DNA of 64,000 bases from Thermoanaerobaculia bacterium (lineage in GTDB: Bacteria; Acidobacteriota; Thermoanaerobaculia; Multivoradales; Multivoraceae). Below are positions 1-9,876 of the stretch, piece after piece. The stretch is from assembly GCA_963664405.1 (NCBI GenBank), contig OY761158.1, forward strand, positions 5,952,001-6,016,000. The letters are read 5' to 3'. The notes beneath the pieces are model-generated. The model was not told where the DNA came from. It saw only the letters and a list, made by a program, of their open reading frames with translations, and ran no database searches. The translations under genes were made by a program, and so were the position numbers. How positions within the stretch are numbered: position 1 is the first letter of the stretch; every line of letters starts with the position of its first letter.

Positions 1-1218
1 AGCGCACCCCTGGCCGATCTGATCGCCAAGTCGAAGGGCGGCGAAGAGCTCTCTCAGGCCGAAGTCGCAAGGCTCTTCACTGCGAGGGGTGACGACTTTG
101 CCGCGGTGTGCCGAGCCGCGGACGATCTGCGTCGAGAGGTCAATGGTGACACCGTCACTTACGCCGTCAATCGGAATATCAATTACACCAACGTCTGCTA
201 CTTCCGCTGCCAGTTCTGTGCTTTCTCCAAGGGCAAACTGTCGGAGAACCTGCGCGGTAAGCCCTACGACCTCGGTCTAGAGGAAGTGCAGCGCCGCGTC
301 GCCGAGTCCTGGGACCGAGGCGCCACCGAGGTGTGTATGCAGGGGGGCATCCATCCCGACTACACCGGGCAGACCTACTTGGACCTGTGCCGTGCGGTGA
401 AAGAGGCGGCACCCGAGATCCACATCCATGCCTTCTCCCCGTTGGAGGTTTGGCAGGGGGCGGCGACCCTCGGCGTTAGTCTCGAGGACTTTCTGCGTCA
501 GCTCAAGGATGCCGGCCTTGGCACGCTGCCCGGCACCGCGGCGGAGATTCTCGACGACGAGATCCGAGCGATCATCTGCCCCGACAAGATCACTGCCGAC
601 CAATGGTTGGAGGTGATGGAAACGGCTCACGGTGTCGGCTTCCGCACCACCTCGACGGTCATGTACGGTCATGTCGAAGGGCCGGTCAACCTAGCGCGGC
701 ACTTGCTACGGTTGCGCGAATTGCAGAGTCGGACGGGCGGGTTCACCGAATTCGTACCGCTGCCCTTTGTGCACATGGAGGCGCCGATCTATCTCAAGGG
801 TGGAGCTCGCATGGGGCCGACTTTTCGCGAAGCGGTGCTGATGCATGCGGTTGCCCGACTTGCCCTTCACCCGTTGTTCCACAACATTCAGGTGTCGTGG
901 GTGAAGATGGGGCCGGAGGGGGTCAAGGCGGCTCTGCACGCCGGCTGCAACGATCTCGGTGGGACGCTGATGAACGAGTCCATTACTCGCGCTGCCGGAG
1001 CCGAGTGGGGGCAGGAGATGCCTCCCGCCGAGATGGAGGCGCTCATTCGCAGCTGTGGCCGCCAGCCGCGGCAGCGGAGCACGACCTACGGCCACCCGTC
1101 CGAGGAGCGTATCGAAGCTTCGATGGCGGCAGCCCCCTTGGAAGCCATCGTCAACACACCTGCCCACCGTTACGAGCGAGAAGAGCCCGTGACACTGCTG
1201 CGCCCGGGAGTCGAATGA
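1..1218 (+). CDS. cofH: FO synthase CofH-type radical SAM domain (C-terminal half of FbiC or stand-alone CofH), 5' partial
   Basis: Frame open from base 1. Motifs NRNINYTNVCYFRCQFCAF (CxxxCxxC), EVCMQGG, LPGTAAEILDD, NIQVSWVKMG and GCNDLGGTLMNESI. Confidence 0.88.
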   Translation, partial: SAPLADLIAKSKGGEELSQAEVARLFTARGDDFAAVCRAADDLRREVNGDTVTYAVNRNINYTNVCYFRCQFCAFSKGKLSENLRGKPYDLGLEEVQRRVAESWDRGATEVCMQGGIHPDYTGQTYLDLCRAVKEAAPEIHIHAFSPLEVWQGAATLGVSLEDFLRQLKDAGLGTLPGTAAEILDDEIRAIICPDKITADQWLEVMETAHGVGFRTTSTVMYGHVEGPVNLARHLLRLRELQSRTGGFTEFVPLPFVHMEAPIYLKGGARMGPTFREAVLMHAVARLALHPLFHNIQVSWVKMGPEGVKAALHAGCNDLGGTLMNESITRAAGAEWGQEMPPAEMEALIRSCGRQPRQRSTTYGHPSEERIEASMAAAPLEAIVNTPAHRYEREEPVTLLRPGVE

Positions 1219-1949
1219 TCGATCTCTACTATTGGCCGACCCCGAACGGATGGAAGATCTCCATCGCTCTCGAGGAGATGGAGCTTCCCTACAAAGTCAT
1301 CCCGGTGAATATCGGCATCGGCGAGCAATTCACGCCCGAGTTTCTCGAGGTCAGCCCCAACAATCGGATGCCGGCGATCGTCGATCACGAGCCTCTGGGT
1401 GGTGGCGAGCCGATGGCGATCTTCGAATCCGGCGCGATTCTGCTCTATCTGGCCGAGAAGACCGGAAAGTTCATGCCACAGGAGCCGCGAGGTCGCTATG
1501 ACGTGACCCAGTGGGTGATGTGGCAGATGGCGAACCTTGGCCCGATGCTGGGGCAGCATGGCCACTTCAAGCTCTACGCTCCCGAGAAGATCCCCTACGC
1601 GATCGAGCGCTATCGCGACGAGGTGAACCGGATTTTTACGGTACTGGACGAACGGCTGGAGGGTCGCGACTACATCTGTGGTGAGTACACCATCGCCGAC
1701 ATGATCACCTGGCCGTGGACGATCACCTGGAAAGCCCAGGACATCGACCTGCCCGGGAAGTACCCGCACGTTCGCGCCTGGTACAACCGTTGTAAGGAGC
1801 GGCCCGGTCTACGTCGCGGCTACGAGGTGGGTCGTGATATCCGCACAATCTCCAAGAAGGCTCCGGACGAGAAGACTCGCGCGATTCTGTTCAGCAACAA
1901 GCGACCTCCTCGGGTCAGGGCTCAAAAAGAATCTGACGGAGCTGCTTGA
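1215..1949 (+). CDS. Glutathione S-transferase, YfcG/YghU-like
   Basis: MIDLYYWPTPNGWK, SPNNRMPAIVD and FESGAIL motifs. ATGA overlap with the cofH stop; start at 1215 rather than 603. Confidence 0.9.
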   Translation: MIDLYYWPTPNGWKISIALEEMELPYKVIPVNIGIGEQFTPEFLEVSPNNRMPAIVDHEPLGGGEPMAIFESGAILLYLAEKTGKFMPQEPRGRYDVTQWVMWQMANLGPMLGQHGHFKLYAPEKIPYAIERYRDEVNRIFTVLDERLEGRDYICGEYTIADMITWPWTITWKAQDIDLPGKYPHVRAWYNRCKERPGLRRGYEVGRDIRTISKKAPDEKTRAILFSNKRPPRVRAQKESDGAA

Positions 1950-2328
1950 GGTCGTCGCTGAGCTCGAGCTCTCCGGCCGGTACCTTGTTACCGCTGAGAA
2001 TGTAAGCGACGAGATCGGCGGTCTGCCGCCGCGAAAGTGTGCCTGGCGCCTCTTGCGGCATCTCGAGCTGGATCAGCTCGAAGAGCTCGCCTAGCGATCG
2101 CTTCGCCCACCGGCTTCGGAAGGTATGATCGGCGAGCAGGGTCGACATCTCGGGGACGAAGGCCGAAAGCTCTCCGTGGCAGGACACGCACTGCTCTTTG
2201 TAGAGCACTTCGCCGCGCGCTGCCTGCTCCGCCGTGTAGGGGCCGCCCTGGGTCGCTGGCGGTCCCTCCCCGAGGGCAGCGACTCCAACCGTCACCAGGA
2301 CCGCCGTCGCGACGGTGAGTGCTCGCAT
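1915..2328 (-). CDS. Exported monoheme c-type cytochrome
   Basis: Signal peptide, AARGEVLY..CVSCHG heme motif, distal MP. Confidence 0.85.
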   Translation of the reverse strand: MRALTVATAVLVTVGVAALGEGPPATQGGPYTAEQAARGEVLYKEQCVSCHGELSAFVPEMSTLLADHTFRSRWAKRSLGELFELIQLEMPQEAPGTLSRRQTADLVAYILSGNKVPAGELELSDDLKQLRQILFEP

Positions 2329-3354
2329 CTAACGGCCGATGATCAGCGTCGCGTTGCGCTTCGGGACTATGCCTCCGGTGTCGATCTTGGTGACCACCTT
2401 CACCGCTCCGATGTCGAGTACGGCGACGCTGCTGTCCCCGGCCAGCGAGATGTAGGCGAAGCGGCTGTCCGGCGTTATGGTGATCCAGTTGGGTGAGTCG
2501 CCGACTCTGACACCGCCCACCAGTTCGAGGTCCGGCAGCGTGTAGACATAGACGCTGCTGTTCAGACTACTGTTCGCCACGAGATGGCGGAGGTCGGGGG
2601 TGACGCCGATGCCGTGGGCGGTATTGCCGGTATGCCCGGGAGTCTGCTGATCGGCCGGCAGCTCGGGATACTCGATTCGGGTGACCTCCTTGCGGGTCTC
2701 GAAGTCGAGCACACCGAAGCCGTTGAAGCCGGAGAGTTGGGCGTAGATCCGCCGGGTGGATCCATCGGCGTTGGTGTCGAAAGCCATCGGTCGGATGCCG
2801 CGGTCCCAATACGTCGTCCACACCGGCATGTCGGTTGCGGTGTCGACGACGGTAATATTCCGTGCGCCGATCATGCCGGCGACGGCGTACTTGCCGTCGG
2901 GAGTGACATAGGTGTTGTGCACGCCACCATGCACCGAGATCGTCGCGGAGATCTCGTTCGAGCTGGTGTCGAGGACCTGGAGCGCGCCGGGGGCCTCGGC
3001 GATGGCCACATAGACCTTGCGTCCGTCTGGGGTGATGGCGATGTTATTGGGACGCCCGCTGAGGGGAACCTTGTGGATTACCGCGAGCTTCGACACGTCG
3101 ACGACATCGATGGTGTTGTCGGACTCGTTGGCTACGTAGAGTCGGCGTCCGTCGGGCGACGGTGCGGCCCCGTGCGCTCGCTCGACTCCGGGGATCTCGC
3201 CGACGACGGTGTTGGTCACCGGGTCGATGATGTGGATGTTGTCGCCCATGCTATTGGTTTGGACGATGCGGACGGTGTCCGCCGCCGCCGTTGGGAGCGG
3301 CAAGAGGAGGATCACAGCCGTCAGACTGCATGTCAGCTTTGTTCTCTTGGCCAT
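2329..3354 (-). CDS. YVTN-type beta-propeller repeat protein, secreted
   Basis: Signal peptide; repeated SPDGRRLYVAN / TPDGRKVYVA / TPDGKYAV blades. Confidence 0.85.
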   Translation of the reverse strand: MAKRTKLTCSLTAVILLLPLPTAAADTVRIVQTNSMGDNIHIIDPVTNTVVGEIPGVERAHGAAPSPDGRRLYVANESDNTIDVVDVSKLAVIHKVPLSGRPNNIAITPDGRKVYVAIAEAPGALQVLDTSSNEISATISVHGGVHNTYVTPDGKYAVAGMIGARNITVVDTATDMPVWTTYWDRGIRPMAFDTNADGSTRRIYAQLSGFNGFGVLDFETRKEVTRIEYPELPADQQTPGHTGNTAHGIGVTPDLRHLVANSSLNSSVYVYTLPDLELVGGVRVGDSPNWITITPDSRFAYISLAGDSSVAVLDIGAVKVVTKIDTGGIVPKRNATLIIGR

Positions 3355-3378
3355 CGTCAAGCTCCTATTGCGCCAGGC

Positions 3379-4410
3379 TCAGTGTGCGATCAGTGGCTCG
3401 CAACCGGTGTCGGATAGCACCTCGGTGACTTTACGGCGATCGTCGCCGCTGAGTGCTTCGTACTGTTCCCGAATCCACTGTAGGCACTTGCCCTGGTAGG
3501 GGAAAGGTTGCTGCACCCAGGGTCGGTCGTCGATGGTGGTCTCGACTTTTTCGGCACCAGAGACCAGTGCCTTGGCGTTGGCGAGCAGGAATGGGGTGTA
3601 GACGCGCCCGACCTCGGCAAATAGATCTCCCAGCCGGTCTCGCAGCGAATCGCGGTCGAGCCAGCCGTCTTCGGTGGGATCGAGGCCGCTCAGGTCGTCC
3701 GTGACGTCTACCCAGGCGAAGACCCGAGGCGCCTGCGAGAGGGCGAGCTCCATCGGGGTCGGATCGAACTTGGCGAGCTGGGTGAGCTGCGCATAGGCGG
3801 CGAAATCGGAGGCGCCGGGGCGCTGTCCCATGACAAAGGGCTGCGATTCCAAGAGCACCCGAAAGATACCCAGGTAGCGCTCGTAGCTTGCCTCGATCAC
3901 CGGGGCTGTCGTGTCGTTCGAGCCGACCACGTAGAGACGTGAGATCTGGCGATCCTGGATGCGCTTCTTCGCCAGCTGTATCTCGTCCTCGGGAGTCGAG
4001 ACGCCGCGCCATCGTGGAAGGATCTCGCCCGACTTCTCGATGTCGGGCTCGTAGTACCAGCGATAGTGAAACATCGCCTTGGTCAGCCACTCGTCGCCGT
4101 AGTCTTCGAGCAGGTAGTCGATGAAGGCGACCACCGGATCGGTGGGGAGGGCCGAGCGTCCCTCAAATGCGGCCTCGAAGCGGCGGATGAGGGGGGTCGA
4201 GTCGACCACCGCCTCGAGCGCGCCGTCGTCGTTGGGGAGGTAAAAGGTCGGTAGCAGGCGGACTTTGGGTTGAGGAAGGTCGGTCAGCGTTTCCGGCATC
4301 GACAGCAGGAAGCGGTAGGGGATCTGTCGATAGCGGAGATAGGCGAGCATCTTGCGGGTATAGGGCGAACCCGGTGCGCCGCTGAAGGTCAGGGGTGTGG
4401 GCAGTGTCAT
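3379..4410 (-). CDS. GST-like protein
   Basis: GAPGSPYTRKMLAYLRY, DSTPLI and EDYGDEW..KAMFHYRW motifs. Start placed at MTLPTP. Confidence 0.8.
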   Translation of the reverse strand: MTLPTPLTFSGAPGSPYTRKMLAYLRYRQIPYRFLLSMPETLTDLPQPKVRLLPTFYLPNDDGALEAVVDSTPLIRRFEAAFEGRSALPTDPVVAFIDYLLEDYGDEWLTKAMFHYRWYYEPDIEKSGEILPRWRGVSTPEDEIQLAKKRIQDRQISRLYVVGSNDTTAPVIEASYERYLGIFRVLLESQPFVMGQRPGASDFAAYAQLTQLAKFDPTPMELALSQAPRVFAWVDVTDDLSGLDPTEDGWLDRDSLRDRLGDLFAEVGRVYTPFLLANAKALVSGAEKVETTIDDRPWVQQPFPYQGKCLQWIREQYEALSGDDRRKVTEVLSDTGCEPLIAH

Positions 4411-4418
4411 CGCTGCCC

Positions 4419-5459
4419 CTAGAGTACGGCTTCGGCAACCACGTGCAGCGCCTCGAGCTGGCCGGTGCCCAGTAGCATCGAACCGACGTGATTCTTCTTG
4501 CCGGCCGCGATCCACGTTTGCAGGCGGTCGCGGATGCGATCGGCCGGGCCGACCAGGGCGAGGTCGTCGACCAGCTCATCGGGTACCGCCGCTGCCGCCT
4601 CGGCGCGCTCGCCGGCAAGAAAGTGGTTCTGGATCTTGACCGCCGCCTCTTCGTAGCCCAGACGCTTGGCGTAGTCATTGTAGAAATTCTTGTCGCGAGC
4701 CCCCATGCCCCCGATATAGAGGGCGAGATTGGTCTTGACCGGTAGGCGGCACTTCTCGACATCGTCGCCCATGACCACAGTCACGAAAGGAGCGATCTCG
4801 AAGTCGTCGAGACTCTTCTCTTCCTCGGCCTTGGCGAAGCCTTCGTTGAGGGGTTCTTCGAAGAGATCGAAGCGCTCAGGGTTCATCCACACCGGAAAAA
4901 CTCCCTGGGCGACCTCGGCGCTGCAGGCGATTCCTTTGGGTGAGATCGAGGCGGTGAAGATCGGGATCGAAGTGTCGGCGGCGAGTATGCTCTTGAGCGG
5001 CCTGCCCAGGCCGGTGCCGTCGTCGCCCTGATAGGGGAGCTGGTAGTGGTAGCCCTGGTGGGTGACCCGTTCTTCGCGAGCCATGATCTTGCGGATGATC
5101 GAAATGTACTCTTTAGTACGAGTCAGAGGGCGGCCGTAGGCCTGCCCGTGCCACCCTTCGACGACCTGGGGGCCGGAGGGTCCGAGGCCGAGAATGAAAC
5201 GCCCACCGGAGAGTTGGTTGAGGGTCATGGCGGTCATCGCGGTGCAGGCCGGGGTGCGAGCCTGCATCTGCATGATCGAGGTGCCGACCTTGATCTTTTT
5301 GGTACCCGCGAGCATGTAAGTTGCCGGTGTGATCGCGTCGGCGCCCCACGCTTCGGTGGTCCATAGAGAGTCGAAACCGAGCTCTTCCGCTCGTTTGATG
5401 ACATCCCACGGAAGATTGATGGTCTTCCCACGGTAGTTGACGACGATACCCAGTTTCAT
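4419..5459 (-). CDS. LLM-class, probably F420-dependent, oxidoreductase
   Basis: GFDSLWTTEAWGAD, RTPACTAMTAMTL and GLGPSGPQVVEGWHG motifs; cofH nearby. Confidence 0.88.
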   Translation of the reverse strand: MKLGIVVNYRGKTINLPWDVIKRAEELGFDSLWTTEAWGADAITPATYMLAGTKKIKVGTSIMQMQARTPACTAMTAMTLNQLSGGRFILGLGPSGPQVVEGWHGQAYGRPLTRTKEYISIIRKIMAREERVTHQGYHYQLPYQGDDGTGLGRPLKSILAADTSIPIFTASISPKGIACSAEVAQGVFPVWMNPERFDLFEEPLNEGFAKAEEEKSLDDFEIAPFVTVVMGDDVEKCRLPVKTNLALYIGGMGARDKNFYNDYAKRLGYEEAAVKIQNHFLAGERAEAAAAVPDELVDDLALVGPADRIRDRLQTWIAAGKKNHVGSMLLGTGQLEALHVVAEAVL

Positions 5460-5725
5460 GACCCATTCCTCCGAGCTGAAGTTAAAGCGGTGTCCAAGAG
5501 GTGGAGTCTATCCCTCCTTTTACCGCGAGGGCGCCTAGATATCTCCAATAGCTCACGTTCGTGACGCATGAATCAAGTTCTTCTCGAAGCGAACTCCGTG
5601 CCGGCCGTTCAGGGTGCCCCAGATCGCCGCAGCGCAGGAGCGAGGCGACGCAGCCGTACTCCGCGTACGGCGGAGGAGCCGAACGACGAGCACGCGGTGA
5701 GGTGGGGTGCCCTGGACGGCCGGCC

Positions 5726-6035
5726 CTAGGCTTCTGTCAGCTCCTCGTTGGGCTCGACCCGCAGGCCACGGCGGACGGGCCCGACGACAGCGAGCAGGCG
5801 ACAACGATCATCAACGCGGCGGCAGCGGGGAGGACGCCCGGCACTTTCCAGCCGCCCATTTCTTCGACAGGGAGATAGTGCTCCAGGAAGGTCGCCAGGT
5901 CTCTCCAGCCTCGAGGGTCGCCTCACGGAGTTGAGTAAGCCCTCCCAGCTCCACGCGAGCTCGCCGGCCGGCTTCTTCCTTTGGCATGCCCCGGCGAATC
6001 AGATCGTCTTCCGCCATTGCCAGGTGAGCTTGGGA
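5726..6035 (-). pseudogene. ADOP-type ABC permease remnant (N- and C-termini only)
   Basis: N-terminal prefix motif HLAMAEDDLIRRGMPKEEAGRRARVELGGLTQLREA lies about 100 bp from the C-terminal PGVLPAAAALMIVV / LLAVVGPVRRGLRVEPNEELTEA-stop, with frameshifts. Confidence 0.65.
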
Positions 6036-6066
6036 TGTCGAGAGGAGGGAGGGTACTCTCGCGAGC

Positions 6067-6978
6067 GTGATCGAGGCAGAGATCCATAGCCCGGACCACC
6101 CCGATAATCGGCCCTTCGTGGAATTCGCGCGCCGGGAGGCGGGAGCTGAGGTTCGGATCGACAACGTCTCGCGCGACTTCGGCCGCCCTTCGATTGTTTG
6201 GCGCCTGACCGCGCTCGATGGCTCTCGCGCGTGGCTCAAGCATCATGAAGGGCGCTATCTCTATGTCCGAGAGCTTCTCGGCCTCGAGCAATTCGTTCCG
6301 GCGCTCGGAGACCAGAGTTGGTGGTCTTCGCCTTCCCTGCTCGCAAAGAGCGATGAGATCGAAGCCATCTTGATGACGGAGGTCGAGGGCAAGCTCGTCG
6401 ATTCGACAGCGCTCTCGGCCGAAGAGCGCGCAGTGGCATTCATGTTGGCCGGCCGCTTCATCCGCAGCTTGCACGATGTCGGTCTCCCCGCCCCTGACGG
6501 GGTCGGCGTTGAGGACTATCTCCGCGAACGCTTGGACCACTATCAGGCTCAAGGCAAGGGCTTGGTTGACGAAGAAGTCTTCGAGTGGGGACGAGAGTTG
6601 ATTGAGCGGGCATGTTCTGTCACCGGCGCCAAACGGGTGCCGTGTCACATGGACTTTTCGCCGCGAAACTGGCTGCTTCAGCACAACGACGACGGCGCCC
6701 GCATAGGGATCATCGACTGGGAGAGAGCCCGCTGGGATCTTTGGCTGCAGGACGTCCAACGGATGGCCTACGACCACTGGCACCACGAGCCCCATCTCCG
6801 CGATGCCTACTTCGAGGGCTACGGTCGCGAGCCGACCGAAGGTGAGGAAGCGCAGCTCCAGGCGATCTGCCTGGTATCGGCCATCGCCAGCATTCGCTGG
6901 GCGGTCGAACACAGGGACACCCCCTTTGTGGAGCTGAGTCGCAAGCAGATCGAGAGAATCAGGAGAGCGACGACCTGA
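6067..6978 (+). CDS. Aminoglycoside phosphotransferase/choline kinase-like family protein
   Basis: CHMDFSPRNW (HxDxxxxN) and IIDWE kinase motifs. Confidence 0.8.
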   Translation: MIEAEIHSPDHPDNRPFVEFARREAGAEVRIDNVSRDFGRPSIVWRLTALDGSRAWLKHHEGRYLYVRELLGLEQFVPALGDQSWWSSPSLLAKSDEIEAILMTEVEGKLVDSTALSAEERAVAFMLAGRFIRSLHDVGLPAPDGVGVEDYLRERLDHYQAQGKGLVDEEVFEWGRELIERACSVTGAKRVPCHMDFSPRNWLLQHNDDGARIGIIDWERARWDLWLQDVQRMAYDHWHHEPHLRDAYFEGYGREPTEGEEAQLQAICLVSAIASIRWAVEHRDTPFVELSRKQIERIRRATT

Positions 6979-7178
6979 GTCGGATCGGCGCTCAGGTGCC
7001 CGAGGACGCTTGAAGAGGAGATCGTGAGCGAGCTCCGTCGGACCGCTCCCAGACGCTCCCACAAGGGGAGTAGGGGCTAGGGTTGAATTTCCTTAGATAA
7101 AAATATATATTTGAGTATACAAAATATCAATAGAGACGATTCCATCTTGGCATCGATCGAGAGAGCTAGAGTGCGGTC

Positions 7179-7586
7179 GTGAGCACGGTTGGGGTCGTGA
7201 GCATCGGGTTGGGTGCCCTTAGTATCTGGGGCCGGAGCTACTTGCTGGTGGCGCCGGAGCGGACCCTACGCTGGTTCAGAGGGGTGATCAGCTCGAACGG
7301 CCGACTGCGGGCGCTAGGCGCGGTCATGCTGATGCTCGGGGCGACGTTGATCTGGGCGGGGGCCTCGGAGGAGAGCGGGCTGGCGAGTGTTCTGTCGGTG
7401 GTGGGATGGGCCTTTGTGGTGATGTCCACCCTGGGGCTAATCCTCTTCCCAGCGGCCTACCGAGCCGTTGCCAACGCCTTCTTGCCCTCCGAGCCGAGCG
7501 GAAGCCTGACCGCGTGGCGCATCAGAGGACTGATCGGCGTGATCCTCGGCGTGCTCCTGATCTACTTCGGCGCTCTTTCGCTGTGA
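7179..7586 (+). CDS. Small multi-pass membrane protein
   Basis: 135 aa with four hydrophobic segments. Confidence 0.65.
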   Translation: MSTVGVVSIGLGALSIWGRSYLLVAPERTLRWFRGVISSNGRLRALGAVMLMLGATLIWAGASEESGLASVLSVVGWAFVVMSTLGLILFPAAYRAVANAFLPSEPSGSLTAWRIRGLIGVILGVLLIYFGALSL

Positions 7587-7647
7587 CCGCAGCGTAGCGT
7601 CGGTTTAGGGAGGGCACACGCCGGGTAAGGCCGGCGATGGTACCCTC

Positions 7648-8502
7648 GTGCGCCCAAGCACTAGGCCCGGTGAAGGAGCGAACCCCTTGAGTTACGAGCA
7701 GATCACATGTGAGTCGCGTGAGGACATCCTCCTCATCACTCTCAATCGGCCCGACAAACTGAACGCCTACACATCGCAGATGCGCCTCGAGCTGGAAGAT
7801 GCTATCGAGCGGGCGAATCAGGATCGCGAGATCGGCGCCATTGTGGTGACCGGCGCCGGTCGGGGGTTCTGTGCCGGCGCGGACATCAAGCAGAGCTTTC
7901 AGAAGCGCTTGAACGAGGCCGAAGGGGACGGGGAGGCGGCGAAAGAAGCCAGACGGCCGGGGGACTGGGTGGAGCTGTGTCGCCGGTCGAAGCCGCTGGT
8001 CGCCGCCGTCAACGGTGTTGCGGTCGGAGTAGGTCTGACCCTGATTCTCCCCTTCGACATCATCGTCGCCTCTGAGGCCGCGCGCTTCGGCATGTTCTTC
8101 GTTCGGATGGGCGTAGTGCCCGAGCTCGGCAGCTCCCACTTCGCGATCCAGAGACTGGGTTTCGCCAAAGCAAGCGAGATGTGCCTCACCGGCAGGCTGT
8201 ACGAGGCTTCGGAAATCGCCGATACAGGGCTGGTGAACTGCGTCGTGGCGCCCGACGACCTGTTGCCGCAAGCGATGGCGCTGGCGCGCGAGATCGCCGC
8301 CAATCCGCCCTCCTCTCTTCGCCTGATCAAGGAGCTCCTGAGTGTCAATGGCAGCTGTGAGGATCTGACAGCAGTGCAAGCGCGCGAGGTGGCAGCTCTC
8401 GAGAAGGCCTACGCCTCGGCCGAGCACAAGGAGGCCGTCACTGCGTTTCTAGAAAAGCGCAAGCCGGACTTCAAGAGCGCTGCTGCGCCTGCGGAGAGGT
8501 AA
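7648..8502 (+). CDS. Enoyl-CoA hydratase/isomerase family protein
   Basis: ITLNRPDKLNA, GRGFCAGADI and AAVNGVAVGVG motifs. Start may be slightly downstream. Confidence 0.9.
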   Translation: MRPSTRPGEGANPLSYEQITCESREDILLITLNRPDKLNAYTSQMRLELEDAIERANQDREIGAIVVTGAGRGFCAGADIKQSFQKRLNEAEGDGEAAKEARRPGDWVELCRRSKPLVAAVNGVAVGVGLTLILPFDIIVASEAARFGMFFVRMGVVPELGSSHFAIQRLGFAKASEMCLTGRLYEASEIADTGLVNCVVAPDDLLPQAMALAREIAANPPSSLRLIKELLSVNGSCEDLTAVQAREVAALEKAYASAEHKEAVTAFLEKRKPDFKSAAAPAER

Positions 8503-8507
8503 GGAAG

Positions 8508-9248
8508 ATGCCAGAGAAACCGATCACTGTCGTTGTCGGTGCCGGCGACTACATCGGCGCCGCCATCGCGCGTCGTTTCGCGGCAGGTGGCTATCCGGTT
8601 GTGGTAGGTCGCCGAAACGGTGACAAGTTGACGCCCTTGGCAGAGGAGATTCGAGCCGCGGGAGGGGAGTGCCATCCCTTCGCGATGGACGCGCGTAAAG
8701 AGGAGTCGGTCGCCGAGTTCTTTGCCGAGGCCGAGAAGATCGGCCCGATCGAGGTGTGTGTCTTCAATGTCGGCGGCAATGTCTACTTCCCGATACTGGA
8801 AACCACCGAGCGAGTGTTCCGCAAAGTCTGGGAGATGTGTTGTTACGCGGGATTTCTCTCCGGCAGAGAGGCGGCTCGCTACATGGTGCCGCGCGAGAGA
8901 GGCTCGATCTTCTTCACCGGCGCTACCGCAAGTATGCGAGGTGGCGCTGGCTTCGGGGCCTTCGCCGCCGGGAAGTCAGGCCTGAGAGCCTTGGCCCAGA
9001 GCATGGCCCGAGAGCTGGGGCCGAAGAACATCCATGTCGCTCATCTGGTGATCGACGCCGGCGTCGACACGGCCTTTGTGCGGGAGCGCATTCGAGGGCG
9101 TCTCGGTGATGCCGGGCTCGAGAACCTGGAGCCGGACACTCTGATGAATCCGGCGTCGATCGGTGAGGCCTACTGGGAGCTGCATCGCCAATCGCGAGAC
9201 GCCTGGACCTTCGAACAGGACCTGCGCCCTTATGGAGAGAAGTGGTGA
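8508..9248 (+). CDS. Short-chain dehydrogenase/reductase
   Basis: VVGAGDYIG Rossmann motif, FTGATAS, FAAGK, ARELGP. Confidence 0.9.
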   Translation: MPEKPITVVVGAGDYIGAAIARRFAAGGYPVVVGRRNGDKLTPLAEEIRAAGGECHPFAMDARKEESVAEFFAEAEKIGPIEVCVFNVGGNVYFPILETTERVFRKVWEMCCYAGFLSGREAARYMVPRERGSIFFTGATASMRGGAGFGAFAAGKSGLRALAQSMARELGPKNIHVAHLVIDAGVDTAFVRERIRGRLGDAGLENLEPDTLMNPASIGEAYWELHRQSRDAWTFEQDLRPYGEKW

Positions 9249-9255
9249 GTCGGCT

Positions 9256-9876
9256 ATGAGCGCGCCAAGAGTCGAGTTCTGCTTCGATTTCGGAAGTCCC
9301 AACGCCTACCTCAGCCATCTGGTGATTCCGGCGATCGAGAAGAGAACCGGTGTTCCCTTCGAATATGTTCCGGTGCTCTTGGGCGGAGTGTTCAAACTCA
9401 CCAATAATGTCTCGCCGGCGGTGTCTCTCCAGGGGATCAAGAACAAAGGCGCCTACCAGCAGCTCGAGACCGAGCGCTTTGTGGCGAAACACAAGATCAC
9501 GGACTATCGAAGGAACCCGTACTTTCCGGTCAATACGCTGCAAATCATGCGCGGCGCGATCGTGGCGCAGCTGGCCGGGTTCTTCGACAGCTACGTCGAC
9601 GCGGTATACGGGCATATGTTGTGCCAGCCGAAAAAGATGGACGATCCTGAAGTGATCGGCGAGGCGCTTCGGGAGTCGGGTCTCGACGCCGACTCGATCA
9701 TGGCCGGTATTCAGGATGCCGACGTCAAAGCGCAGTTGATCAGCAATACCGCAGACGCCGTCGAACGGGGGGTTTTTGGCTCGCCGAGCTTCTTTGTGGG
9801 CGACGAGCTCTTTTTCGGCAAGGACCGGCTACGCGACGTCGAAGAGGAGATCGAGAGCCGCAAGGAGTCGAGCTAG
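9256..9876 (+). CDS. 2-hydroxychromene-2-carboxylate isomerase / DsbA-like kappa GST
   Basis: FDFGSPNAYL and GVFGSPSFFV..ELFFGKDRL motifs. Confidence 0.88.
   Translation: MSAPRVEFCFDFGSPNAYLSHLVIPAIEKRTGVPFEYVPVLLGGVFKLTNNVSPAVSLQGIKNKGAYQQLETERFVAKHKITDYRRNPYFPVNTLQIMRGAIVAQLAGFFDSYVDAVYGHMLCQPKKMDDPEVIGEALRESGLDADSIMAGIQDADVKAQLISNTADAVERGVFGSPSFFVGDELFFGKDRLRDVEEEIESRKESS

Noticed and set aside
603-1214. N-terminal extension of the 448-aa ORF
   Set aside because: It overlaps cofH out of frame; the GST motif starts at ATG 1215.
6067-6978. Aminoglycoside resistance gene
   Set aside because: Only the generic APH/choline-kinase motifs are visible; the substrate cannot be inferred.
7085-7135. 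AT-rich patch with short palindrome aaatatatattt
   Set aside because: May be a promoter or operator, but no second copy, clear consensus or terminal repeats support a specific call.
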